NCBI GenBank assembly: GCA_043228905.1
Contig: JBHGNT010000018.1
Coordinates: 13,950,001 to 14,014,000 of the forward strand
Direction of reading: 5' to 3'
DNA: 64,000 nt
Origin: Azolla caroliniana
Lineage: Eukaryota > Plantae > Polypodiophyta
Both the position numbers and the translations under genes were made by a program. The notes under the pieces are model-generated. The model was not told where the DNA came from, did not search any database, and saw only the letters and a list, made by a program, of their open reading frames with translations. Shown piece after piece: positions 1 through 11,865 of the stretch. Every line of letters starts with the position of its first letter. Position 1 is the first letter of the stretch.

Positions 1-132
1 AAGAATACCAATCCGTTTTCTCCAAGCTACAGTGTCTAAAAGAAAAATTTGTTGCCTTGGAATAAGAAAACCAATAGTTGTTAGGGGATCTTCAACAAAT
101 CGCCCTAGAAAAACAGCAAACACAACAACAAC

Positions 133-1139
133 ATGGGGAGTTAGCGTTACGTGTGCAACAACTCGAAGCAGCGTTGCAACAACAAGGATCAAGTCCCCAA
201 GGATTTCATAAAGAGCCCAAGATTGGACTTCCTGTGAAATTTGATTGAACACGGTCGCAATTTAGGGGATTCCTCAATCAAGTACGCTTAGTCATTCAGA
301 TGCATCCTTCTCGATACCTCATTGATGCATCCTGAGTCGGCCTAATAGGCACGTTGCTTAGCGGCTCAACCTTGGCATGGTTTGCTCAGCTTCTAGAAAA
401 ACAATCGCCCTTACTTAATAACTTTGAAGACTTTATTAGTGAGTTTAAAGCTTGCTTTGGAGATACAGACAACATCCGGACGACGATCAACAAAATCCGA
501 TGATGGCGTTAAGGCGATCGTCCAACCTCTGCCTACGTGGCAGATTTTCGTCTACTCGCTTCAGATATCCCCTGGGATGATCAGGCACTAATGGAGCAAT
601 TTTGCTACAGCCTGCGAAACAATGTCAAAGACCTACTTCTAACCTTCCCCGAAGAACCAAATTCTCTTACGGAGGCAATCAGTCGAGCGGTCCGATGCGA
701 CAACCGCCTTTTCGAACGACGTTCAAAACGTCAATTACAAATACCACGCTCTAGGCCGGAACCCACTTACGCCTCAGTCGTGGCTAAACCGTTTGCACGA
801 GACATACCTCAACCAAATACTCCAACACCAATGGAGATCGACACCATGCGTCGATGTGGCTCGTTATTGGAAGAAGAAAAGCAACGATGACGTGCAAATC
901 GATTATGTCTTTATTGCGGTGGACCAGGGCATATCACAATCAATTGTCCCCATAGGCCAAGAAGACAGGTAAATCAAATCGTAGCTTGTACTAAACCCGA
1001 GTCAATTCTTCCCTTAGGAGTGTCTGATAGTATTAATAGTACTAATAGAGTGTCTGATAGTATTAATAGTACTAATAGCCCAAATATCTCAAACAAATTT
1101 GAAATCCTTAGTCAATTAGATGAAGAGTTAAATGATTGA
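133..1139 (+). pseudogene. gag: gag of Tcn1-like copy 1
   Basis: ATG at 133, EPKIGLPVKFD-type capsid start, ORF 537..890, CCHC knuckle about 905-950, several in-frame stops, 30-bp in-frame tandem duplication at 1018-1077. Confidence 0.85.
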
Positions 1140-4100
1140 GTCCAGCCAAAATAGGAGCCATTTGGTTGGACAGCCCTAGATCTGTACAGCCCATTAGTGG
1201 TTCCATTCCCGCCAAGCAAGTTAGCAATGTGTTCCTAGCCCAAGTCATGGTTAGTACTAAAAGTACTCCCCAAGTACACATCCTAGCACTTCTAGATTCC
1301 GGAGCTAATTCTTGTTTCATGGATCGAAATTTTGCCCAAGCTTCTCAGATATCCTTAAGAAAACTTCCTTGCCCCACATCTATAGTAGTCATTGATGGTC
1401 ATCCCATTGCTTCCGGGAATATTGTAGAAGAGTCAGAACCCATTCAAGTTGTCCTAGGTAGTTTTGTGTGTGTAGTATCATTTAATATAATTAGTAGTCC
1501 AGAGCATCCCATTGTCTTGGGATTACCTTGGTTTGAATTACATAATCCAGACATCGACTGGAGAACAAGAGAAGTCCGACATCGACAACCCCAAGAATCT
1601 ACTCATCGAGTTTCAACTATTTCACTACGTCAATTACGCGAAGAAGGACACAAGGAGGCAATGTTCCTATTTGCAATATCAGTACATCCTCCAGCACTAT
1701 TAAGGAGGAATCCTTAGTGCAACTTCCGGCGAAATATCATCCTTATGCCGATGTATTTAAAAAGGTAAAAGCCAGTACTCTTCCTAATCATCGTCCCTAT
1801 GATTGTCCCATCGATTTACAACCAAGTGCAGAGCCACCATGGAGACCAATTTACAACTTGTCACCCACCGAGTTAGAAGTCCTTCGAGCCTACATAGAGG
1901 AGAACTTGGCAAGCAGGTTTATTCGTCATTTGAAATCTCCGGCCGGTGCACCCATCTTCTTTGTCAAGAAGAAAGATGGCTCACTTCATCTCGTCGTTGA
2001 TTACCGCGGCTTGAATAAAGACACCATCCGGAATAGGTATGCACTTCCTCTTATATCAAGTCTTTCAGAGCGAGTTAATGGTGCCAAGTTTTTTACAAAA
2101 ATCGATCTACAAGGAGCGTATAACCTTGTGCGGATCCGACCGGGAAATGAATGGAAGACCGGCTTTCGGACGCGGTATGTGCATTTCGAATATACTGTTA
2201 TGTCGTTTGGTCTAACCAATGCACCCGCAGTCTTCCAACACATGGCAAATGATATATTTAGAGACCTCTTAGATATCTGTTTGATCATCTATCTGGATGA
2301 TCTATTGATTTATTCGAAGACCCAAGAAGAGCACGATTCTCATGTACTATTAGTACTAAAACGACTCCGCGAGAATGGTCTTTATGCCAAGCTAGAAAAA
2401 TGTAGCTTTGACTGCAAGCAAGTGGAATTTCTAGGCTACGTCATCTCCTCAAAGGGCATCTCCATGGATCCAGCTAAAGTCCAAACTATGCTAGAGTGGC
2501 AAATTCCACGGTCGATACGAGATGTACAATGTTTTCTAGGTTTTGCTAATTTCTACCGCAAGTTTATATAGGATTACTCGAATATTATTTTACCTCTCAC
2601 ACAACTCACGAAGAAGGGACAAGCATTTCTTTGGTCCAATGAAGCGGACATGGCTTTTTGGCATCTTAAGAAAGCCTTTACATCAGCTCCTATTCTAGCT
2701 CATGTGGATACAAACAAACCATTCATCATGGAGGCCGATGCATCAGATTTCGCCCTCAGTAGCATCCTGTCTCAACAAGGAGATAAAGAAGAGTTACATC
2801 TTGTGGCTTTTCATTCGAGAAAATTCGATGCCGCGGAAATCAACTACGAAATACATGACAAGGAGTTATTAGCCATCGTGGATTCCTTTGTGCAATGGCG
2901 GCATTTCTTAGAGGGCTCTCCACATCAGGTCATCGTCTTTAGTGATCACAAAAATCTTGCTTATTTCCAGAACGCTCGGGTGCTAAATCAACGGCAAGCT
3001 CGGTGGGCTCAATTCCTCACGCATTTTGACTTCAAAATCACATATCGATCGGAGAAGTAGCAAGGAAAAGCAGATGTGCTATCATGACGTTCATATCTTG
3101 CACCTCGTCCTGGTGATCCAGCGTTTGATAATCAAAAGCAAGTAATCTTGGGACCAACATGATTGCACACAACGCGGATTTTTCACACCCCAATGGATTC
3201 TCGGATTACCGATGCCATACGTGTGAACTTGAAGACAAGCAGTTTTGCTCAAGACATTCTGACGCACATCGATACCTCTCGGGCATCCTGTTCTCAATCT
3301 CAACAACCAGGTATGGACTACCGACAATTCGAATATCATGATGGTTTGTTATTCTTTAAAAAGCTTGTATATGTCCCCGATTGCTCCTATCGCCTTCAAA
3401 TCGTCCAAAATTATCACGACACCCATACGGCTGGACATTTCGGTAATACTAAGACGTTGGATCTCGTTCAACGATCTTTTTGGTGGCCCCATATGCGATG
3501 TTTTGTTGACGCTACGTTCGGACTTGTGATGCTTGTTTCCAAGCAAAGATGCCTCGACACCATCCATATGGCTTGTTGGAACCCTTACCGATTCCAAGTA
3601 AGCCGTGGCAGTCTATTTGTCTTGATTTTATCACAGATCTGCCGGTCTCGAAGGGGTTCGATGCTATCTTAACCGTCGTCGATCGATATACTAAGATGGC
3701 ACATTTTATGTCGTGTACTAAGGCCATCACTAGTGAGGAAACCGCCGCCCTTGTCATGCGTGAGGTATTTCAGCATCATGGCCTCCCAGACAGTATCATC
3801 AGTGACCAAGGACCTCAATTCGTCTCCAAATTTTGGTAGCATCTCTTCAATATGCTCAAGGTCTCTTGCAACCTCTCCTCCGGCTACCATCCCCAGACCG
3901 ATGGGCAAGCGGAACGAACAAACCAAACGCTGGAACAATATCTCTGGTGTTTTCTTAGTTATCAACAAGACGATTGGGCCGAGATTGTCCATTTTGCGGA
4001 GTTTGCATATAATAATGTTGTTAACTCGTCGACTCGGGTCTTCCCCATTTTACGCTTATACCGGTTCTCATCCTCGTTGGTCGACGATCGACACCCCGAA

Positions 4101-4630
4101 GCTACCTACCAATCCTCGTGCCGGGGATCATTTGGAGAGGCTACGCAAGATCCAGATGGATCTCTCTACTCATCTTCATCATGCTCAACATACACAGAAG
4201 ACTTATGTGGATCATCATCGGCTTCCCTCCTCTTTTGCCATCGGAGATCGAGTATGGCTCTTACGTCATCACATCAAGACTACTCGACCATGCGACAAGT
4301 TGGATTATCGATGACTCGGTCCTTTCCCTATTACTAGTAAGGTTAATGATGTCACGTTCCGCCTTGATCTCCCTCCGCATCTTCAGATACATCCGGTTTT
4401 CCATAGCTCTCTTCTTGAACCTTATCAAGCAAACACTATTCCCGATCGTGTTACACCACCGCCGCCCTCGTTTGAGTTGGAAGTCGGCCCGGAGTATGAA
4501 GTTGCTACCATCCTCGATTCCAAACTTGTTCGCAACAAACTTTATTATTTGGTCGATTGGCTCGGCTATAGTCCGAGCGAACGTACTTGGGAACCCGTCG
4601 AGCATGTCACCAATGCTCAGGAACTCATGA
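1136..4630 (+). pseudogene. pol: pol (PR-RT-RH-INT-chromodomain) of Tcn1-like copy 1, broken by stops and frameshifts
   Basis: ORFs 1136..1717, 1717..2571, 2650..3060, 3163..3672, 3549..3839, 3852..4337 carry consecutive pol motifs. Confidence 0.92.
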
Positions 4631-4644
4631 TATGTAGGAGATAG

Positions 4645-5088
4645 TGTCATGATATGGCAAGACTCGAACCCATGACCTTATGTTATATGGGTCGAACTCT
4701 TGACCATTATACCATCCATTGTAATACGTAGGATATTATTTTCATTTAAGTTTTATTAATGTATATTCCAGATTTCTCTGGAACATTCTAGAAGCTTTAG
4801 GATTACTCCTGAGAACACTATAAAAGATGGCACTAGGCATTATGTTGAACCAAATTGGTTCAACGCCAGTCTTAAGCCTCATAGCCATATTGTACTTACT
4901 CTTCCTATAATATATCATTTGTTATCATCATCTCTCTCTCTCTCTCGTCCACACACACACACACTCTCTCTCTCTCCTCTTCTCTTTCCTCTCTCTCAAG
5001 AGTCTTAAGCAGTCCCGTCCTCTTAGTACTAATAGTACTTCCCTTCTCTAGTACTAATTATCTCTCTGTTTTAGTACTATTCCTGACA
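4645..5088 (+). repeat. 3' LTR of Tcn1-like copy 1
   Basis: TGTCA...TGACA termini, TATAAA at 4819-4824, homologous to LTR 56515-56978 (minus). Confidence 0.88.
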
Positions 5089-5730
5089 CTAGTTGGATGT
5101 AAGATATGGAAAAATGGTTTGGAAGATGGGATGTAGCACACTTGCTTCATAATGCATAACAATATTCCTCTATAAATGAGGCCATTTTGTCATGCCAATG
5201 TATCATGACATGGGAAAAACGCAGAGGCTCTCACTTCACACATTATACTACATATGTCGCACCTAACTACAAAACCATATTCTTCCCCGAATGGGGAAAC
5301 CGTACACATTGATACATGTTAGAGCCCATCTCGTTGTTTGCCATTCGAAACATTGCTTCCATGCAACTTAGCTCACATTCACTACGATGTGAGGCAAGGC
5401 ATTGGGGCACAAGTGATGAGTGTGGTCGACTATGTACACTTTGCCAGAAGCAAGTTCAGAAGTCTAAGTATCACACTTTTGATACAATGCTTTGCCTTTG
5501 ACCACATTCGACTATGCTTTCCACACATGTTCAACCAAACCCAATCCTTGCATGAGTTTCGTTCATGGTCACAACGTGCACTCTCGATTGCAACATTCAT
5601 TGGTTAAGTTCTTGAGCATCAAGAGTCGCTACTCATTTTCGTACGTATTACGTGAAATGTAATATTTTTGGTCTCATGGGTCATATTTGACCACTGAAGA
5701 CGATAATAGAACCTATCTACCTACCTCTCT
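5089..5730 (+). mobile_element. 3' remnant of a non-LTR (RTE/L2-like) LINE ORF2; probable target of the copy 1 insertion
   Basis: LSSHSLRCEARHWG..RLCTLC..H..C zinc-finger tail typical of LINE ORF2 C-termini (ORFs 5316..5501 and 5338..5607); short ACCT/CTAC repeat tail near 5711-5726. Confidence 0.7.
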
Positions 5731-5925
5731 TGCCCGATGTCTCTAAGTAGTCTTCAATATTGTATCCGGATTGTAGGATCAGAGGTGAGATGTTCAACCT
5801 AATGAGCCAATTTATATGAACACGGGGAGATCATATCGAGCGAGAGGAAGGGAAGAAAACTCATACGCTTGATGACGAGACTAACATGACTCGAACAAAT
5901 GTAGGCCTTTGTTACAAGGAGTTTG

Positions 5926-6090
5926 GTGTGTGTATGTATGGATGTAACATATGTATGTATGTAATGCTATGTATGTATGCATGTAAAGTATGTATGTATG
6001 TATGTATGTATGTATGTATGTATGTATGTATGTATGTATGAGTGAATGTATGTATGTATGTATGTATGTATGTATGTATGTTTGTTTGTT
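5926..6090. repeat. (TATG)n microsatellite
   Basis: direct reading. Confidence 0.97.
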
Positions 6091-6574
6091 TTCTTCTCTC
6101 ATCAGAGATTGCGAGCTTCCATGAAGTTTGAAGGTCCAGGGCTAGCTATGGTTTCTCGCAACCCTTTTAGGTCTGATATTATCTATCTACCTATCTCTAT
6201 ATATTCATTCATTCATTCATTCATTTCTTCTTCTTCTTCTTCTTCTTTACCTTTTTTTTCTCTCTTTCTCTGCTCATACTTTTGTTATTTTTAGAATTTC
6301 GTTTTCTGCTCGCACCATCTCTAGGGTTTCCTATGGGACATCTTTCTTTGTCATTTTGAAGGATTTTCTAGAAGAAGAAAGAAAGGTTGAATCTCATCCC
6401 CTTCCTTTCATGATTTTGCAGGTATTCTTTCTTCTGTTTCTCATAACATAGTTTCTGATCGATCTATTCCCAGAGTTTTCTTCTTCTTCTTTCGTTAAAG
6501 AAAAGAGAGGTACTTTCTTCTGAATTAATTGTCGCTCGTGTTTTGCAGCGATTTCATTCACCTTTTTTCATGTT

Positions 6575-6576
<2 letters not shown>

Positions 6577-6637
<61 letters not shown>

Positions 6638-6665
6638 GACACACAGAGAGAGAGAGAGAGAGAGA
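6577..6665. repeat. (TA)n followed by (GA)n microsatellite upstream of the host gene
   Basis: direct reading. Confidence 0.97.
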
Positions 6666-6780
6666 TTTTTATGTCTGATGCATTGTTGGAATGTGAAATT
6701 CCTCATCTTCATTCAGCCAAAGCGTCTTGTTATACAGCCGTTGAGCACAAAGGAGGAAAGAACAGCACTAAGTGGTGGCC

Positions 6781-8439
6781 ATGGCAACCAACCTACGCAG
6801 AGCAAAGTTACAAATTCATGACATATCTGGAATGTTCCGACAAGCTGTGGTTTCCTTCAGAGCAAACATTCCACTCTTCTTAACATTAGCATTACTGTCA
6901 TCGATCTATGAAACTGCTATAGAGAAATCTTCTTTGCTATCGGGTCTCTCTTTCTCGTCTCACAACTCGTCTTTCTCTCTTCAATTCTCGTTGGATCCAA
7001 AGCAAAGAGCTTTGTATACTCCTTACAAGGAATTGAATACAAGTAGATTCAGGAAGTTTGGCGTGATAGACTCATGGTTTTCTCGTTTTCTGAAGTCTTT
7101 TTTGTCACCTGAGCTAGATTCTGCATTTCAGCCAAGTGAAGAAGCAAATCAGGAAGGGATTCCTTCAGCAAAATTGGTTGGTAATGACGATGCTAATGAT
7201 GGTCAGAATGTTCCTGGAAGCAAGATCAACGATGATGTGATTGTTGATGATAAAATACAACTCAAAGTGAATAAGCCTGATATTAGAGAACATGGAACAC
7301 ATAGTTCAAATGATTATGATGAAGTTTCCATTGTGAATGATGAACATGAGAACCCAGAGGATGGATCTCAGAAGCGACTTCTTAATGGTTCACAGCTTGA
7401 TCCAGATCAGTCTCCATCTGTCAAGGTGTTTACAGAGTCTAAAGATGAGAAACAGGTGCACCAGGGCAAAGAAGATAATGATAAAAGTATGCTAGAGGAC
7501 ACCTTGGACTCGAAAGAGGACAAAGATAATGATGACATATTTCCTCGGTTAAAAATTGAAACAGTTTCCAATGTTACAAAGGTTTCAGCCCACGAAACGG
7601 TCATAGATGCTAATGAATTGACATTCTTTTCTGGAAAGTTGTTGGGTGGACGAGGTTTGGATCAAGGTGCGATGCCTCAGGGTGGATTGACAATACTGTT
7701 AATGTTGTTGCTAGTAGCAATAGCTATTACAATCTTCCTTGCAATGGTTGGGTTTCAACATGCACTGGTTCTAGGATCAGTGGCGTTTAGTGTTGTAACC
7801 ACACATATGGGTAAAAGAGCTAGTTTTGTGCAATCGATCAAGTCAAGCTTGAAATCAAATGTAGGTCGTCTCATGTGGTTAGCGATTTTACATGCTGCTC
7901 TACGTGGCCTAGAAAGCATTTTCTTTATGAAATCACTCTTCGGTGGTGTGATGGAAATGAGTGAAATTGAGCATTTGGTTCTCAGACTAGCATCAACACC
8001 GTTTGCTTTCCTTGCTCCTGTTATGGATGTGGATGCTACAACTATAGGCATGGCTATAAGGATTGGTGTATATGTTGGATTTGATTATGTGTTCGATGGG
8101 ATAGCATATTGCATCTATGTTGTTGCTTGTTGGGTTACTATCATGGAGAGGAATTATTGGGGCATTGGAGCACTTTCAAGAAGCTTTAATCTGGTGGAGA
8201 GTATGCGATTTCAAGCCTTTATTATTCGTCTTGTTGAGACTGTAGTCTGTGGTCGGAGTTTCCGATGGATTCTTCAACAAGGGATTGGTCAGTTTGGTTC
8301 AGCTTTTGTTATATGTACACTCCAGGTATATTTTCTAGTTTTGTGGTTGATCTTCTACATTTCTGCTCGATCAATTCATGATCGGCCCGCCAATTTTTCG
8401 TATAGAACTCTTGAGGACTTTTTGGATAGGTTCAAGTAG
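6781..8439 (+). CDS. Uncharacterised plant multi-pass membrane protein (552 aa, single coding exon)
   Basis: Uninterrupted ORF from first ATG at 6781 (MATNLRRAKLQ) with no TE motifs. One N-terminal hydrophobic segment, a long acidic D/E/N/K-rich loop, then about 6 hydrophobic helices. Pyrimidine-rich TTTTGCAG acceptors at about 6421 and 6548 suggest 5'-UTR introns. Confidence 0.88.
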   Translation: MATNLRRAKLQIHDISGMFRQAVVSFRANIPLFLTLALLSSIYETAIEKSSLLSGLSFSSHNSSFSLQFSLDPKQRALYTPYKELNTSRFRKFGVIDSWFSRFLKSFLSPELDSAFQPSEEANQEGIPSAKLVGNDDANDGQNVPGSKINDDVIVDDKIQLKVNKPDIREHGTHSSNDYDEVSIVNDEHENPEDGSQKRLLNGSQLDPDQSPSVKVFTESKDEKQVHQGKEDNDKSMLEDTLDSKEDKDNDDIFPRLKIETVSNVTKVSAHETVIDANELTFFSGKLLGGRGLDQGAMPQGGLTILLMLLLVAIAITIFLAMVGFQHALVLGSVAFSVVTTHMGKRASFVQSIKSSLKSNVGRLMWLAILHAALRGLESIFFMKSLFGGVMEMSEIEHLVLRLASTPFAFLAPVMDVDATTIGMAIRIGVYVGFDYVFDGIAYCIYVVACWVTIMERNYWGIGALSRSFNLVESMRFQAFIIRLVETVVCGRSFRWILQQGIGQFGSAFVICTLQVYFLVLWLIFYISARSIHDRPANFSYRTLEDFLDRFK

Positions 8440-8589
8440 TTTTGAGTATCTAGCAATTGTTTCTCTCTATGTATGCAATCCAAAAGGACTTCTACTTTGC
8501 ATAATGATTTTTAAACATACATGTTTCATGGGAAGACTATATCAAAATCTTCCAAATTTTCTGTATTATATAGCATTTAATTGAGTGAG

Positions 8590-8593
<4 letters not shown>

Positions 8594-8676
<83 letters not shown>
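8594..8676. repeat. (GA)n microsatellite downstream of the stop codon
   Basis: direct reading. Confidence 0.97.
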
Positions 8677-8679
<3 letters not shown>

Positions 8680-10406
8680 CAATAATGTCATTGAACTGTG
8701 AAAGAAATTAAAGCTGAATGAAATCTAGTACTCTATCCATCCATTAGCTGTATAATATAATAGAATGCTATATAACTAACATAAACGACTTACATAACGG
8801 CATATAACTAACATAAATAGTTAACATTATAGACTTCATGATTTGGTGATGTCAAGTAGATAAATATATGGCATTGATTGTACATAGAAAGCTGATATAT
8901 GAGCTAGATCAAAGGAGGATGGACCCTATGAACAGCTTGCTCTAAGAGGACTGAATCCTGTAAATATAACCTGGTACGAATTTTGGAATCATGATAATCA
9001 AGGCTATGTTGCACTTCATATTATATATTTTCTATTCACCATAATTTGGTACTTTGTGATGATGACCAATTTACAAAGTGATCTAAAGCATCTGAAAAAT
9101 CGAAGGTATGTAAATTTGTAATAATGTTTAGTCTTTAGTCAAGGGCAAAAATGATAGATGGGGTTTATGCAAATGTTAGCCTCATGTCTCCAATCTGTTA
9201 TTGCTAAGCTTTGCTCTTGTAAAGCTGGGTATTTGCAATGTTTCACTCTGTTTCACTCTCGTGGTTATGGATTATTTTCAGGTTGAATATGTTTATGGCT
9301 TCTTCTTTCTCCTTTCATGCATGAATTGTTAACATCTCATAGCCACAGCAAATCTTAAGTTTTCATGGGGAGCATGGTTTTCAAATCTGAGAGAGTAAAT
9401 TTATTTGTAATGAGTAACAGATATTTGGTTTACAAATAACTTCATGACTTGTATGCAAACAATTGATCTATTATGATTTTTGTGTAGTTAAAACATTTCC
9501 ATCACTCAATTATTTGTGGAAGCAATTTGATTGGTTAAAATGATAATCAACTGAGAGGATGTGTCAAAGGGTATCTAAACATATTGATCCTACTTGATCT
9601 TGGTTAACCAATAACCAAATGCCACATAATTGATTAAGATGAGGTTAAAACTACAAAGATGAGTATGTCAAAGGCATGTAAACCCAATCAATTTATTACA
9701 GCTTATCTTATTTAACCAACAACAAAACGTCACACAATTGATTAAGATGGTGTAAAATCATGAATAAATTGGATAACAAAATATGCATTGATGAAGAGAA
9801 TTAATAATCATAATCGATGCCTAAATCTATTACTTGTCAATATAAAGGATGGACATTATTGACTTAATTAGCTAGACCAAGTATTAATTAACAAGCATGA
9901 GAGCGAAGAGTTAGATGTCGAAAAAACCAACAAGAATATTTACCAGACTCAAGGACATCTAATATGAAACGCCTACCTTGTAGTTTGGTTGGGTATTGCC
10001 CATTACATGTGTCATGTTTGGGCATTGCCCATTAGATTGGTCATGTTGTATGCTCACTTGCCACTTCAAATTGTCCGATCTCTAAATCTCATAAAGACAA
10101 TGAGCACAAAGACAAGATTGTTGATCTACTCAAATGTTATAGTCAAGTGTAGTATGTTCAAGAGGGTTGCAACAACCCCTTATTGCAAGTTCAAGCTCAC
10201 ACCCTTTTTCTCGTAGCTCTTACAACACTACTTACACGTTAACGGATCATGATTGCATTAGTAGTAGATACAATGTTTGTTGATTTGTCTCTCATAGGTT
10301 TCCAATGCCCAACTAGTTAGATGATTCATAAATTTAGTAACAAGCTTTTATTGAACTTACCACAACATGCATACAAATATCAAAATGATAGGATATAGAG
10401 TAGCTC

Positions 10407-10664
10407 AATATTATACAAAAACTTGAAAATGGATTGGGATTACAAAATATTTATGTGACTTTTTGTCTTTGTTTAAAAAGTATCGTTATTTCTCCTCTTC
10501 AAGTGTATGCCCTTTCGAGTTGACTAACAACTGTTTGTCAACTAGATTAATATTATACAAAAACTTGAAAATGGATTGGGATTACAAAATATTTACGTGA
10601 CTTTTTGTCTTTGTTTAAAAAGTATCGTTATTTCTCCTCTTCAAGTGTATGCCCTTTCGAGTTG
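10407..10664. repeat. about 116-bp direct duplication separated by a 26-bp spacer
   Basis: 10407-10522 is nearly identical to 10549-10664. Confidence 0.9.
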
Positions 10665-11865
10665 TCATTAATTCTCTCTACTAGATGCTAAGGGCCCAAG
10701 AGCTCAATGATAGATGACATAATTTCATCTTGTATAGTGGCATTTAATGTCGGAGTAGTGTTGACAACCTTAATGGTGGCAACATGACATCCACCCCCAC
10801 CAAACCAACGCATCCTCATGTATGCACCCAAATTTGGGTGCTTCTCCATATTAACCAATACAACATCCTCTATTTAGTTGAACATACCATCTTGATCCAT
10901 CTTTCCTTCCTTTCGATGGATAATAAATTCATTCTTTCTTCTTTGACATTATAATAAATAGACATCCATTTGGCCATTGCAACATCTTCTTCTTCGATAA
11001 CAATATTAACAACAATGGCACATACATTATCATTATAGTCATTCAAAGATTCATTACACACTTCTTGAATCATTTCAGTAACAAATTTTCTAATCATATT
11101 ATTATTACCATAATTTAGTATTAGATGATCATGATTTCCATTTACATCATCATATTCAATATAATCAACCCTAATCTCATGTTTTCTCCTCACACTCACG
11201 CATCAACATATTACCCATATTATCATTATACACATCCCAAATCACTTTAACATCTTCTAGATAATCCTCACTTATAAGTTATACCCTTGTGATCATTACA
11301 CAAACCCAACATATCGCTATATTTTTGCATAAATGTTCTCATCACCACAAACCCTTATTACAATGAAATCCCTCATTTTTATTATCTTTTGATTTACTGA
11401 AACCCCTATTCTCATAAATTTTATTATGAAGAAATCCTTGCAATCTAAAACACATAATCCCTTATTATCACCCTCTTAGTGCTCACTCTCACCCTCATTG
11501 TTACCTTTAACGTTATCATAACCAAATCGACAAAAAATACATCACTTTTGATCATAAGAAACTTTACTCTTATCATAACCCTCACCTTCACCCTCATTGT
11601 TTCACTTTCCCTCATTACAATCATCATCAACATACAATACCTTACCATCATTAAAACCTATACCACATGTACCCTTATTGTCATCACAATCATCATCAAC
11701 ATACAATAACTTACCATCATCAAAACCTATACCATGTGTATCCTTCCTCGCTTGTCCACGATTCTCATTACATCTATCGTATTCCTCAACACAATTGCAA
11801 CCGTGAAAGTTTCGGTCCCTTCCCTTGTTGTCATGAATTTCATCTTGTGTTTTGTAATGTGCTTC

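Larger units (their letters stand above)
1..5088 (+). mobile_element. Ty3/gypsy chromovirus, Tcn1/Tf1-sushi-like (copy 1); 5' LTR outside window; degenerate
   Basis: gag with CLYCGGPGH..NC knuckle, protease LLDSGA, RT YLDD, RNase H DASD, integrase, C-terminal chromodomain (EYEV..ILDS..YYLVDWLGY..TWEP), then 3' LTR TGTCA...TGACA. Bases 1-130 match the 5' leader of copy 4 (about 56300-56430, minus). Confidence 0.93.

Noticed and set aside
6772-6780. GTG start for the 555-aa ORF
   Set aside because: Eukaryotic context; the first in-frame ATG is at 6781
5881-6821. ORFs 5881..6102, 6046..6294 and 6543..6821
   Set aside because: Translations of (TATG)n, (TA)n and (GA)n microsatellites
8903-9281. 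About 68-codon open frame ending at a GTATGT donor (9106), with a TTTTCAG acceptor at 9281
   Set aside because: No start codon or recognisable domain; could be a 3'-UTR intron but unsupported without RNA data
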